In this document: one piece after another, positions 35,721 to 57,300 of the stretch
Layout: each line of letters begins with the position of its first letter
Position numbering within the stretch: the first letter of the stretch is position 1
Assembly: GCA_002633005.1 (NCBI GenBank)
Contig: NMRA01000215.1
Location: 536,852 to 600,851 of the forward strand
Length of the DNA stretch: 64,000 nucleotides
Direction of reading: 5' to 3'
Source: Phoronis australis
Taxonomy: Eukaryota; Animalia; Phoronida
Program-made: the position numbers and the translations under genes
Notes under the pieces: model-generated
Seen by the model: only the letters and a program-made list of their open reading frames with translations
Databases searched by the model: none
What the model was told of the DNA's origin: nothing

Positions 35721-35940
35721 TGATTTTTTAAACTCAAAGCACTAGGGTAAGAATTCAACATTGACAGCTAAACAGCAGCGAAATGCCCCTTTAATTCAAT
35801 AAGTTACAGTGATCACATTATATCGCATGTATAACGTTGTAATGACATGGTCTGAAATAACAGCTTCGAAAGAATAAACTTTTCCAAACAAAGACACCTG
35901 TCAAGGTGTGCAGGAGTAAAGAATCTACACTGTCACAAAA
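35721..35940 (+). repeat. Dispersed ~220-bp repeat, copy 1
   Basis: Near-identical to 50476-50695. Confidence 0.9.
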
Positions 35941-37573
35941 ATTACAGAGTAAGATGTTGCAAACCAAGAAAAGTTTTAGGAAACTGAAATTGTCGAAAGT
36001 GGCGTAGGCCTATGTACTGTACGCATTGTCTGCGACTTGTGCTGGGGACTGAATGGAACCCTATCACGGTATGGGCTATGGGACACGTCTTACAGGAATA
36101 AATTAAAAGGTGGATTTTCTTATTTGTAGTCCGCTAAACAGGGTGAAATACAGCTTTAAAATTTGTGGTGACGTCACTTTCATTGACTGGTGAAAATGTG
36201 CAGTGATCGAGTCAGGTTCTGGACGAAAATGGGCCCTTTTGTGTTTCTTCCGTTCCAAATTCCACTCGGTGAATGAGAGTTCCCGGGATACATTGGGATC
36301 TTGCTCGCTGTAGCAATTTCTACAGTCGTGTTTCAATTTTTCCAATTCGCTTTCCAAACGTGATCGAAATTAGTTGTACTACTTAAACAAACCATCCACG
36401 TAATGTCCTTGTCGTTTAAAATTCGATCTATCACCGATTGCAAAGTTTACCAATTTACAAATTGTTTTATTATTGAATAAACGAAACTGAACCATCTAAT
36501 TACCGTCATTACATTGGACAAATCATTTATCTCACGCAAGAATAGTCCCGCGATCTTACTGCTAATTAAATAGAACGTGCATTTATTAAATGAAGTTCCC
36601 TAAGAGTTTCTTTATTGGATAATGAATTAAGCGATTGCTCGTGCAATTGCCTTGAGTTACAGAGGCGTCATTTCGTTACTTTGCGAATAACTGTCTTTTT
36701 TCTAAACCGGTATTTGTCGATTTTCCTATTAAAAGCTTTTTAAGGCTAATACTCCAAACACTTTTCACCATTAAAGCCGGTGAACCCGACACGAACGCCC
36801 AGGGGACGCAGTATAATAAGGCGTTCAGAGTTGTGGGAAATTTATTCGCAGAAGCACTTGGTTGCGTTGATATCGGGTTTGATCCAATTAGCATTCGATT
36901 GTTTCTGCTTTGGTATTTTTCCCGCCAGAGGGTTGCGATATTTAATTTCCATTAATTCGTCGAATGTTTGAGGGCTAATTAATGTCTTGCTTTGACAAAA
37001 ATATTTTCAATAAATCCTTAAGTAAATAGAATATTAAGGTGATTTGTAATGTTTTTAACGTTACTCCGTAGGATCCTCCTTACCGAATATGTGGGCGTGT
37101 GTGAAACTGTGTCACATCTGGAATTACAGGTGCTATTATTTGAAACACTTGAATAAATCTGAAGAGCACATTTCTAAAATGCGAGTCAAACTTGGCCTAT
37201 CCATTGCACAATCGTGGATGTTTCAAGTGAACACTAGTTTTAATGAAAGGCACCAATGATAAGAACATAAGTATCTCCCAGGTTAGCATTAAGCTAGTGC
37301 ATAAGGGAGAACCACCTGCGCCTATGGATGAAACTAAGGCGGATGCACATATATGTTAAACACTAGGAAAAACTTGTTTTGAAAAAAAGCATTAGTTGGG
37401 ATTCAGGCTCATTGAGATAAGAACGCGCACTCAAGGTAAATCACGAAGAGGCAAAAAACGTGATGCTTGTTTTTTAAGTTGATGCCTGTGAAACACTACA
37501 CGATAATAATAAAACTGAGTTTTGTCCCTGTCAAGCTGTCATTGTTGAATTCTTAACCGAAACGTTACGGGAC

Positions 37574-37848
37574 CATAGACTATAGTACAGGGACCTCCAA
37601 CTCCGTATACTTTCAACGAACGAAATCTGCTCATACAGAAGCAATGACGTCATTATTCCCTAGCAAAACTGGCCAAATATTATCTGGTTTCATTTCCGGC
37701 AAGTACGTCGACTGCTATCATGGTCGTAGGTCTGTCGTTACAATACACTAACCGGAAACTGAAACAGATAATTTAGGAGAGTGGCGCCTCTTCTAGGATA
37801 GTACGCAAGAAAATGTTGGAGTTGCGAATCTGTTGTTTATAATCTATG
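37574..37848. mobile_element. CATAGA...TCTATG foldback MITE
   Basis: Inverted arms (CATAGACTATA...CTCCAAC...TTATCTG...TTTCCGG / CCGGAAA...CAGATAA...GTTGGAG...TATAATCTATG); flanks ACGGGAC and ATGGGAC form an imperfect TSD. Confidence 0.75.
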
Positions 37849-40249
37849 ATGGGACCCAAAACAATACCAAGCCCATCCGACGTTGAATTATTGCTGAATG
37901 AGCCCGACAATTCATGTCACACTCAATGCGTATTCTGTGCTATTTTAGAACCCTCAATTTTAGGTTAGGCCTACTCCCAGTTATCTCAGAAGCGTTCTGT
38001 CGAGTCGCTGATGGTTTAGATGTTCTTGCGGCGATGAAAATAGATTCCTGTCACGTTAAAAATATTATGGGACTTTTTATGAAATGCCTGAGTCATTTTT
38101 TTATTTTTTAGCGAAATGCAACTTTAACAATTTTCGGATTTAAAACAGCGAAGTTAAATGTATTGAATTAGTTAAATTATTTGTATGTTCACCACTTCTA
38201 TGTTATGCAAAATTTGCGTTATGAAACCTAATTCATGACACTGAAAATTTAGTACAGAAATCGCACTCCTCGGTGTTTCATTTAGAAAACGTGAAGACAT
38301 TTTAATAAGTGCAAAATACAAAACGGAAATGTCAGAAAGCGAGCTCGCTCACCTGTGGTAAAGCGCGATCATCGATAAGTAAGCGTTTTCCATCTGTGTG
38401 AACACTCATTTCCGTGGTTTTGTGCGTTTAAGTACTTTTCCTAGTATGTAAACGAGAGTCAATTACGACAGAAATCAAAAAGTTTTAGGCAAAGATTCCC
38501 GAGGGATCGACGCGCTATGATTGTTTTGCGACCAAAATGGGTTTGCAAATAAAAAAACTCGCAGTTAGTCATTAGATTTCTTAGCGTTTCAATTGCTTAC
38601 TAATAAATGAATCAAACGATTTGCAGAAATAATTGTGATATCGCTTTGCTGAAATCGATAAATATTTCATTAGACTGTGAAAAGGCGTAGTTTGCTTTAA
38701 GTTACCGTGAAGTATACCAGCGTACAAAGCTTACGTACTGGGATGTTTACAAGAACATCGCCTGTGGTGTTTTCTAAGGCCAAAGTTATATTCTACCGCA
38801 TAGACGCGTATGTGCTGAGGTTCGTGCGCTGACAAGAAAGCTCAACGATTCCATGGCAGCGCCTCTAAACCCCAGTCCTAGGCAAGTAAATGAAACCCGT
38901 GGTGCAAATCTTCAGATCCGCACCCCTAAACCCTATACACTCGCCCAAAGTGCTACATAAATGGTGACCAACTCCAAAAACGAGCACCAGTTTTCTCACC
39001 GGAACTGGTCCCCGGGACAAGAATGTGATTAATAGCTATAGGTCAATTTCGGTGCATGTGTGACGTTATAGTGTCACGTGTCACTCACTTGACCATCCCT
39101 CGCCAACCAACGATTATTGTTACGCTTTTACATGATCACAAACGGGTCTTCATTTTTGCAAATTCATTTTTTCGTAAGGTCGATACAGATTACTTTGATT
39201 TCACGTCCAGCTTGAAGGATTCATACAATGTACTTAGGTGGAATTTTTTTCACAATTAGCACTGGAAACAAATCGGGCGTTGGTGCCAAAAGGAATTTCA
39301 TGTTGAAATATACATGTAAGCGACCAGTTCTAAAGTTTGGACATAAATTTTCATTCTTTGCCACGTAAAACGCAAACTAAAAGGCAAAAATACTCATCTC
39401 CACAAAACGAGTCTGATATTTCTCCACATTTCGAGAGGAAATGTTTCCCATTTCGCACTGAGCCGTACATGGCAGAGCCTAAAGCGAAAGAAAGGTTATG
39501 GACAAGACGAGTTACTTGGGGATTGGCCCACTCCTCTAAGATTCGCCTTGGTCCGGTGAATTCATTTCGATCTTAGACACTAATTCTATCATTGACTTGG
39601 ACATCCTGAGGCCAGTTTTTTCGAGTAAATCAGCTTTATTTTTTGAGATTTTCTCTGTGTAGGCGTGGTAAGTAGGAGAAAATGCCATTTTGCCGAAGAA
39701 GAAACTTGCCACACGGCGTCGCTTTAGTGAGTTCTCGTAGCATTTAAATCATAGTCCTACACTAGTGCATGTATGTATTATGTTATTACTAACATCTGGG
39801 CAGAGTTATCTCCACATCACCGCGTGTGGACATTTCCAGACGAAATAGGCACTACGTTATCGTCTAATACTAACCATTAAAAGCAATGCTATGGACAACT
39901 AATGAACAGCTATGCCTTTTATACGCCCATATGTAGGCCCATATTGCCGTCATCTTTAGGCGTCCCGCGTCAGAGCTTGTATCTCCTAACGGGCGTGGCA
40001 GGATCATAATAACATTCGGCAGACGGATCTGTGTTCCTATGAAGCTTACGGCAGACGACGACGAATTTCGGCCCATCAGTGCTGTAGTGGTAAAATAAAA
40101 GGTAAGTAGGCGCCCAAAGCCAACCGTATTATTTTGAGCACTGAACGTAACTTACGGTGAGTAGGCGCTACGTTCAAATGCCAAAAGGTGGTTGGCTGCG
40201 CCCACGTGCGCCTGCTCCCCACTCATGACAGCACTGCGGCCCATTTGAC

Positions 40250-42508
40250 TACCGCTCTGCCCCCAAGCAGCAAGTTTATTGTTTGCGTTTCCTTCTGTAT
40301 CTTTAGAGTTCGTTCAGGGGTTTTCATAGAATTTAGCAAATACGTTTCTATAAAGAGAGAGTCGGCGCCGTCAAGTGTTCGGGCGGATTTGACATATGCT
40401 GCGCCACCTGGTGGCATTTTCAAACTTTTTGACGTAGTGCGCTTTTGACGTCCACCTCGATCTCTATCGGCCAAACCGCTCTTGAAATGATCATTATGAC
40501 AATTGGGGGATGTGTTCCAGATTAGGAAACCGCGGTTGACACTGACTCGGACGGGTTCGAGTATTATAGTGACCCCTATAGTGGCAATTTTGTCTTTTGG
40601 GTACACAGCTGTATCTCCTTAGCCTTTTGAAGAATCTTTGTGAAATTTGGCAGTTATGTTCCTATGGAGATGGTAACGAATGACAAGTTTCAGATCAATC
40701 CGACTACAGCTAGCCCCCTTAGTGGAAATTTTAGTTCTTTTACTTTTGCCTTTAGAGTTAATTGAATATTTTTGTGAAATTTGGCAAATAGGTTTCAATT
40801 AAGAAGGCAATTATGCCTTTCCATTTTTGGACGGAGTCGATGTACGTGTATTCCGCGCCACGTGGTGGCCATTTTTATTCTTTCGAGTATATTTTTAGCG
40901 TCAACCTCTTTAATCGAAAACTGATCATTATGAATCGCGGCAGTTGTATTCCTGTTGAGAAGAACATAGCTGCCGTTTATTTTCGGACGACTTTGACACC
41001 TGTGGGTTCCCTAGTCATGGTTTTGTATTTGTTGAAACCATTGGTGTAGCTCCCGATTCTTAGCAGGATGTTCGTGAACGTGTCAGGTGTTTTTCTATAG
41101 ATGTGACAATGGGTGCTACGACTTTTTGTACTGGTTTCCTGCCGCTGTTACCCCTAATGGAAGTTTTACTTTTTACCTTTGCCTATACATGATCTTAAAA
41201 GTTCCTTGATGTTTTTTGGTGAAATTTGACAAAAAATGTTTTATATTAACGATAACATCTCCTTTCCAATTTTGAGTGGATTTGACGTATTCTGTGCCAC
41301 TCTTAGCGGCCATTTTAATATAGTTGAGTCTGTTTCGTTGTCGTCTGCATCTGAATCCACTCAGAAGATTGTTATAAAAATTGGCGGATGTGTTCTTACT
41401 GACAAAGAGCACGACTGGCGTAGATTTTCAGGCGGGTCCAACTACTGTGGTGCCCCCTAGTGACATTAATTTCTCATCTACGGCTGTACCTACTAAACCC
41501 CTTACCAGATCACAATTTGGTAAGTCTGCTTTAATTCTACCCTAGAAACAGTTCAATTTTGTTCAACTTTGGAACATCGTATCTTAGAATTGGCCGACAG
41601 GAGCGACATGAAACTTTCAGATACTATGGCTTTACACTGTTCTCCAAAATTTTTTTAGTAATTGTTTTTTCAAATGTTCCACTTTGCATCAGGAGCTATC
41701 GCGAATATGACTTGTATGATTTTGATGACATTCTTTTAAGTTGCATCAAACTAAAATGAAATGATAATTTAGAAAACTGTCACAGCATTTTTGAGAGTTT
41801 ATCTAGAACATTTGTATAATACGAACGTTGTTCATGTTGCTCCTGCTCTTTTGCAATGAATACACCTTTCTCTTTGCTAAAATATTCTTGAGAAGTAAGA
41901 TCACGTGACTTAATTAATGGAAGATTATTGGTATAAAGTCGAAATCAAATTCAACGGAATTTCTACTTTCAGAAAATTTAAACTTTGACTGAAATAAATT
42001 CTGTGGTTTTGTAGACATTTGATTGGGAAACTAGGTCGCAATGTCGTCGCACAGATATCGATAGATAGGCGTATCCATTGTTCACTTTGTTTTTCTTTCT
42101 TACAATAAAGATAGTGGCAAATAGTTATCGGCAACGGGCTGATGTGCGACCAAGGTACAATATCCATACGACCTGTATTGCTACGTCCGTCGCATGGATG
42201 ACGCGAAAAAATGCCGTGCGACCTCCATCCGACGTCATTTGACACGAGGGCTTAAAGCAGATAGACGGATTCAACTACTGCTGTGTCTCCTAATAGCATA
42301 TTTTACATCTGCTACTGTATCGTTCGGCTTCCTTGGCGTATTGTCATGAAATTTGACAAAAATGTATTAGAGAGACGACGACACGTTCCTAATAGTGGAT
42401 GTGTTCTGCACAATTTACAAGACCATTTTTCACATTAAAAACGTCACTAGAAGCACATCGTTCGCGTTGCAGTAGTGGGCGCATTTCAACGCAACGCGTT
42501 GCTCTTGT
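40250..42508. repeat. Degenerate ~145-bp-period array, probably within a Helentron/HINE-like element
   Basis: Recurring GAAATTTG(G/A)CA and GCC(A/C)CCTrGTGG-like boxes at ~140-170-bp spacing; terminal palindrome GCAACGCGTTGC followed by TCTTGT at 42491-42508. Confidence 0.55.
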
Positions 42509-44596
42509 AATAACTGGGATTCATTTCTTCTGCTTTGCTTACTCGTAAATGTATCCGATAATACTGAGCGAGATTTTCAAGGGATTTTCCTAGGCCGGAG
42601 TTTCCCACGCAACTATCGCTGTAATCCGTCTCACACCCAGTACAGTAGCTGCGACAACGTCATTCCAGGGAGATCAAATACAATAAGAAATTCGAAATGA
42701 AGCAAACCAATGCCCGTTTGAGTACGAATTCAATGTGTAATTATGCTTTATGCTACTGCGATTTTTATCGAGTCGCTCAAATCCGTTTCACTTTGGCAGC
42801 GCTGCAAAAATGATTGTTGTGCATTGTTGTTAGGACACAATGCTTCGTTTTAGAATCAATTTTAAGAACTAAAATCGCGCGTTTTCCAAGCATGCAGAAC
42901 CATATAGGGTTTGGACACAACACCTCGCTTTCAAGCATAATGACGAATTCGTTCTAGTCCAGTGAATTGGGTGGCATTTTTTCAAACTAATATTCCTATA
43001 TTTCTACAGTGTAAGCCAAATTTTCAAAACGCTTGTAAATTCACTAAAGTTTTAAAAGCTGTCAATTTCCATTTAAATCATTTCTTTGCCAAACTATTTT
43101 TGAACGGACTCACAAAATATTGATTTTCACGACATGTTATTTAGCGTTCGGCGGTTGGGCTGTTCTCGCCACCTGGTGACTGCGCATTCCGCCGTAATTT
43201 GTGTGCAGGTGTATAAATGTGTATTTTATTTATTATAATTACATGTGCTACACATTTAAAACAAATTATACAGAATATGAAAAAACCACTCATCACACAA
43301 GGCTAAGTCACTGAGTGAAATTACACGAGAGTGTTCAAGGGAGATGTATTTTTTAATTTATCTTCGTCAAAAAGGATTCCCAGAGAAGCGTCTCCCTGAC
43401 TACTTCGATTGAGTGCGCGTGGTACTAACGCGCATGCTTCAAGTCAAGTACTCACAAACTAATGGCATTATGATTTCTAAAACCCGCAAGGGTTAATTAC
43501 GATCATGACAAAATTTAGAAATTGAACACAGAAGAATGTTCAGAGTGGGCGTCTTGTCTTGAGTTACCACAAGTATCTTTTATTTGTTTTCCAACTTTTC
43601 ATCTACATTCGTTCGTATTCACCGAACAAACAGCAAGCATGCAGTTTTTGAACAAATGACTCGATCGCAAAATGCTTGCATCCGCCTAAATTTTTCTCTT
43701 GATGAAAAAACACTGTAACTTTTTTAGACAGCAGGTATTGCCAACTGGTTATAGACCGGATCTAATCTCTTAATGTTTATGCAGTCACCTAAACGATGTC
43801 TATTAGAAAATAACAATGACATTGATAAAATAACCATTTATTTCTATTAACAGAATATACATAAGTTCGGCGATTATCGTACTGGCCTGTTGCTTCTCAG
43901 ACATTGCACTTTTTACCAACGAACTATACACATTCCAGTGACACACTGAGGAATATTGTTTTGCTCGTTCCGTAGAGAAAGAAGAAGCACTGAGTCCTGG
44001 GAAAAGTACCAGCCCACACCACCCCATCTTAATTTTTTGATGAGACGTAGTGGTTCCTACCCAATTATTCTGTCGCAATCTAAAGACATGTCTGCCTTTC
44101 TACGCACCACCACGCGCAGGTGAGCTTCCCTTTTGACTTTGGGGGCCAGTTGCCAGGTATTCAGTCCTAGAAGTCACTAGTCATGCGTAATTGTCCACGA
44201 ACCAGCAGCCACTCACCTCCCATAGGTTCTGGCTGTGCTAAGTTCTCCGTGAAAATTATGATCACGTTTTTCTCTCGTGTTTTTCCATTGCCTCCGGTCC
44301 TTCGAAGCAGAGCATTGGGCGTCCACCACTGCCTGCGAGTGTTTATGACGTCAATCACAACAGCAGATCCATCACGACGACACGCCGACATGAAAGTCGA
44401 TATTCGACAGCTTCAAAGACTCAACAGCGATAGAGTTTTTCGGAACAGTATAGTGGCGAAAATCGGTCGGAATAGGGCTCTGTGTCGAAGTTTAGAACTT
44501 GAAAGATGTTGGCAGTAGTTGTTCACGCAGCACTGGAATCGGATTGAATGCGCTTGTCGCCCGGTCGTATTTTTACGGGACATTGGGCCTTCTACA

Positions 44597-51306
<6,710 letters not shown>

Positions 51307-54300
51307 CTTCAAAAAGTCACCGGAAAGTTTTTAAACAGTTTATGTATCGAGCATGTAAGAAAGATGAGCACAAAATATTAACGTTACAATCCGCCGGTGC
51401 ACTTTTATCGCGGAACTCGTCTTGCCTTGAAACAAAGTGATCCTGGGTTTTGTTTTTTTTGCACAAGCAAACGAACGAATTGTCCAAAACTGTCCCCGTT
51501 TCGTTCCCTCTTCACGTGAGAAGTATCACTTTCTTTTAATGTTGAAGTACTTAAGTAATCAACAGCCACTGTGTCACTTGACGAGATGCTAATTACTAAT
51601 ATATCATGGGGCTCCCGACGGGGGCGTGTAAAAACATCTTCCACCGCTAGACAGATTGCTATGGCGTTGTTCTATTTGGCCAGTAGCACTCCAGTTTGTA
51701 TATATCAAGTCCGTGGAATTCAATTTTGTCAAAATGATTAAACTGCTCAAAAGAAAAATATACGTTACAGTTTTCAGAATGTTATGTCAAAGGTATGTAT
51801 ATTAAGATATTGTTTGACAAAAGAAAATAGTTGCATTATTTTCGGCGTATTCACTTTTACTCGTCATAATTCATTGAAAGTGCCAATTTTAAAAAGGCTG
51901 TGATTATACCACAACACCTGGTATAATTTGAGTTACATTTTATTTTAGTCACCTCTGTTATCACTGATTCTTTTCTCTTGTCCTCTTGGTACTCAGTGGT
52001 ACTAGGGTACACAAGCACTTCTGACCAAGAACAATTTGTTGTTTCAGGCATGCGTGCAAGTCTCGTTTGTTTGAAAAATGAAACATTGCGTATTATCGTG
52101 AGCACGGAATTATTAAACCAACTCGAATGCTAGACTGTCAGTAGATTTAGACTTTTTTCGTACGAGTGTTAATGAACATTTAGCATGAACAAGTGGTGTA
52201 ATCAGTAGGAATTTCTCCTCGTCTTTCAAAAAGAATTCAACACCCCCTTTGAAGCCCCTTCGAAGTTGCCCAGAACATGTATGTGCGCAGTGTGAGTTAT
52301 AACCGTAATGAAAAGACGACTGGCTGATTGAATAATTAACGATCAAATCACTTGTAAATTGATATTCTAATTAGAATTACTGTTTTGATAAACATCAATT
52401 AGACGTGTTGACATGGTTTTTCATTTTTATTTGATGTTTCAAAATAAGTAAATATTTTAACTTTACAAAGATTGTTGGCACGAGTAGTGAGATGGTCACG
52501 TGACGTATAAGTGTTTTGTTGTTGTGACTTAATTGAACAATTTACATTAAGCAAACGAAAACATTTTGTGCGCTTTGTAGAATAATGACATTAGAACACC
52601 TTTTGCTTAATTGATTTATTTGTACATTAAATGACCAGAAAAAAATAAAATTACAATACAATGGAATACAACACAACACAACACAGCACAATATACATGT
52701 ATGACTTGGAAAGCTAAACATCATGAGTAATTTAAAATGGAACACTTTATTTTTGCTTACATGTTGTTCTGGTCAAGTCGAATACACTGTTTTCAGTAAT
52801 ATAGACTTCACTTTCCTCGAAGTTAAATCGTCACAATGATATCATTTTCATATTTTTTATTGAAATCAAATTAATTTTATTAAGTTTGTTTGGAAAAATC
52901 GTTTGCTGCACATGTGCGGGTTTCAGTCATATCGGTAGTCATGTAACTTTAAAATTGGAAAATAATTGGCCACAGAACTGGAGTTGGCACATGCGCAGGT
53001 TAGATTCACCTCCGAAAGGAAATTCGAGGCTACGGAAATACCCGAGGTCAGTGTTTCGGGAATTTGACCTTACGCTCCATACAACTACTTGAGAAAATAA
53101 TCAAATATCTTGCATGAGCAAAAGTGCAAGTCTCTGGGAATATATTGATAATTACTGAGGTCATTTCTATAAATGCGCTATACGTGACGCGCTCATAACT
53201 ACATGGCTAAACTTCTTTTAGCAACTATGGAAGCACAAAACCAAATTTCTGTCCTGTATTATCGCAAACGAATGAACACGATATAGGCAGTCCAAAAATA
53301 TCCAATTTTCTAAAGTATTTATCAAACTAAAACTAACGCCCATGATATCACTTCGATCGAGATGTAATCACAGAAAACAAACGTTAAAAGTTGCCTTATT
53401 TTATGACTCGATATTTATGACACGTCACAAAATTAAAACGCCATTGTGTGAAACGAGGTGTCCCAGGGTAATAGTCATATCACCCAAGCAATGCTCAGTA
53501 TAAGTAACTCTTCTCGGTTGATGTTATTTTTTTAACGCAGCTAGAAGCTCAATTTAACACCGATCCCTACAGTGCACAACGTGCTGCATTCCTTTGGGTA
53601 TCGATATCGTCTGCACGCGTTGCCGTTTAGTGCGTTTCAGTGATGAACCATTTGAAGACGGTGTGCCATTAACTGATCACTACGGTAATACTTTCGAATC
53701 ACTGCCCTCACTTAACAAATGTGTTGCTTCAGTATTCGAGAACTAATCGGTATTAATCAGCAGACAAGTAATTGAACTAGATCGACGACTTCATGGACTG
53801 TCGATATGTTTTATTTACCAAGTAAGACGTCGTTTTTTGTTGTTGTAAGAACTCATTTAATGTCAATGAGATCGTTGATTAGATACACATGCAAGTGACA
53901 ATAAAGGGTACCCAAAACAGTTGCTAAATCACGGTCACAATAACAATGGAAATGTTGAATATTTGATGGCACTTCTCAAAAATTACCGCGGGAATTGGGT
54001 TTCTAAAGAATTGCGTTTTGAGATGGTTGGATTGAAATGTGATAAAGAATTAATATTTCAGGACTATTCATATAGCCAGGAGATTTACGTTGGAGCATGA
54101 AATCGGCACGGTATCCATTAAAATAGCAAAAATGCTTGAGAATCCCATATCCTAAATAGTACATATCCTAAATGCTGATGACATCTGTAAAGACACACAG
54201 TTTTTCTGTTCAGTACTAAAATGTCCATAATTGAAATGTACATTTTAAATTATTCTAGCGAACCTCACTCTGTTCCTTTCGTACAACACACTGCTATGCG

Positions 54301-57300
54301 TGGAAAATCTTCGGAACAAAAATATTTCTTGGTAATCCTCGACTGTAGTCATTTGCGGCGAGTGGATACTTTTTATCGCCGCCATGGGCGGCAATCAAGT
54401 CTTAACGATTTCTTCAATAAGCCCGGGGAAACAATTCTACTGCAACGGGGATTAAGATGTTGATAGCGACGATAGAGGCAATTAAACTGATATGTTTGCG
54501 ATAATCTTGCCGTTTCCTTTTACTTTGTCAAAAACAATACTAAATTAGTCTTAATTGACGTCTTATCAGAGAACTATTTATTGGAGAGAACAATAATTGA
54601 CGCAGATAAGCTTATGTAGTAATCTCGTAAATTGGTAATTTCGTGACTCCGTCCTTAGAGTTTATTGGTAAACAGCCCGTGGGAATAAAAATAATGAGGG
54701 GGTATTCGTTTACAGTTGCACGGTAAGGAAACAAGGTCTGTTTAATTTTCACGTTTTATTTTAAAAATGGAAAAAATATTATCAAGACGTTGTGCGTGTT
54801 CTTCATATTCGTGCATTCATGTATTGACTAGAGCGTAAAGGATCGTCGTCATTTGATGTTTATGAGAATCTTCCAGTGCAAATATGCCACAGTTTTACTT
54901 TTGGAGTTGCATAGTAACGTATACATAGACAGCTCGGACAGGAACTTAAGTATATAACTTGATAGAAAATAGATTTAAATATGCGGTTACGATATGAAAG
55001 TACGAATTCACGTTTCAAAACAAGTTGCACCGAAAACTGCAAATTGAGAGTCGCTATGCGCTGGTAATTAATTGATGCACCCCNTTTAGTTTGCAAATCA
55101 CTCCAAATGCACACACTATCCAGCCTGCTCAAGACATGCCTGACCACAAGCTATCCCATGAGCCTTCGCGAAGGAAGTAACTCGCACATGCGCAATGCGT
55201 AGTTCGTCTGCGCTGCAAATCCGCTATTGATCAACTACAGTGATGTTTCCAAATCAATTTACCGTGGCAGTCTGTGAATGTTTTTTTTTTTAGTTAAAAC
55301 TTTACGGATGAATTCTTGTATGACGGTCGCCAGTAGCAGAATGTTTTTGACCCTTTATTCCTGCACGATTGTTCTTAGAAATGTCTTAGCAATCAGACTG
55401 AACAAACACAACTTAATTATTCAGCGTCGCGTTGATCAAACAGCCATTCAAATCATTCACTTAACAATCAGCCTTCTTAATTATATATCCATTCAGCCTA
55501 ATAATCGGCTTTCAAGCAGCAAGTTTTCAAAGCATTCCAAGATTGTTATCATTCATTTAGATTTTACTATTAAACAATAACGGTTACTCTTAAAAAATAT
55601 AAAGCCACGAAGGCAGATGGCTGACAAGCCAGATCGCCATAGATTGTTATCTTCTGATCGAATTATGACAGGCTGAACTCTTTGTTCATTTAATTACCAC
55701 GTCTATATAACGACAAAAGGAGCACGAGTTATTGTACAATTAAAATCGGGTGGATGCGGTGGGATTCCATGTAAGACTTGACAAATACTTCGTTAACGCT
55801 TCAAGGGATTAAATGTTTTTAGAGCTGTAAATAAAAAGATTTCAATCGGTGTTAATGTTTGGGGAGATTACAACTGTCTACCATAAATAATGCAACTGCA
55901 TGGGCGTAGCTTTTACGTACGCAAATACGCACGTGCATCCTAGAGTCGAGGACCAGAAATTCAATCTTTCATCTCAATCAGAGGCGTAACAAGACGCACC
56001 CAGGGTAGATGTACAGGGAGCTTGAATTAAGGGTCATTTGAAACAAACGTGGATTAAGTACTCAAATCAGTTTTGTTTCCGCAGAATAGTCGAAAGAAAT
56101 GCTTGAGTACATGCTATTCCGACTCATTGCTATGATTTAGTGCTAACATAGTACGTGGAAAGGCACAACTTCCGTCGATCCAAGGGGCTGACCAGCGCCA
56201 AGGAAGCAATAAATGAACTCCACTCCGTCCATTCCTTGGGTGTGGGAAATCAGGAACACTAACTCGATAAAACAAAACGAAACAAAAGATTCCATCCCAA
56301 AACGAACCAAAACAACAGTTTTCAAAAACGGCATTAGTTGTATGGGATGTAAACTTGTTTCATTAAGTAGTTACAAATAGTCTGATTTAAAGTGCTACAA
56401 GCCAGCTTATGCAAAAACTAACTTCTGACTTCAAACCACTTCAGCTATCACTTTAAAGGTCGAACAAGTTGAAGCCAGTTTACAGCCGCAGTGACCATGT
56501 TAGGCCAAATCGGTAAGTTTTTACAGCAGGTGGATTTGTACGGTATTTCATTAGGCCCATGTGCCTATTGCATACATGTGTATGTGAAGCTGTGCGAACA
56601 GTGTTTAAGAGTTTGTTAGTGTTTAAGGACCAAAAGCGCTGTTTGGGGTTATTGTCACTTGGATGGGATACATTTTGAAGATATTAGCCTTGTATCTTTA
56701 AGTTGTGATTTTATTACACATCGCCAACTCTCACCGTTGGCTGCCAGATATTCACTGTGAAACCAATGCCGATGAATTTACTACTTAAATACGCTCAGAC
56801 ATTTAACAAGTAAGGCATAGCGCCGCCAGCAAATTGTTGGATGATTAGCGGCCGCCGACTCATTCGGAGCTGATCTCAGATAACTACCTTTTTCGCCAAT
56901 GATGTCGCTTTATGTGAAGGCTGTTATGACTGAAAGAAAACATCCAAACGAATAACACATCAGTGTAAGGCAGGAAGGACTGCCTGCAGCCTAGGCCTGA
57001 CTAAATCTTAGGCGTATGCGCCTAGATGTGAAGCAATTGAGTAAAATTTCTTTGTTCGGACATAATCGCACGGGCCTAAAGACGCAGAAATACGGTAGCA
57101 GCATCAAGTATAGATTAAAATTTTGTACTTACGGCGGCATCGGTTTCAAAATTAAGTTTGAACTGAGAGATAACTAGGATTAGAGTTTGGATGTACTCGT
57201 CACCGCTGTGACTTTCTGAAGTTGTTTTTGATACCTAAATATTGCTCTTCGTGACACCTGAAATGAAGTGTTATCGTGAAAACAAATAAGTCGAGATAAC

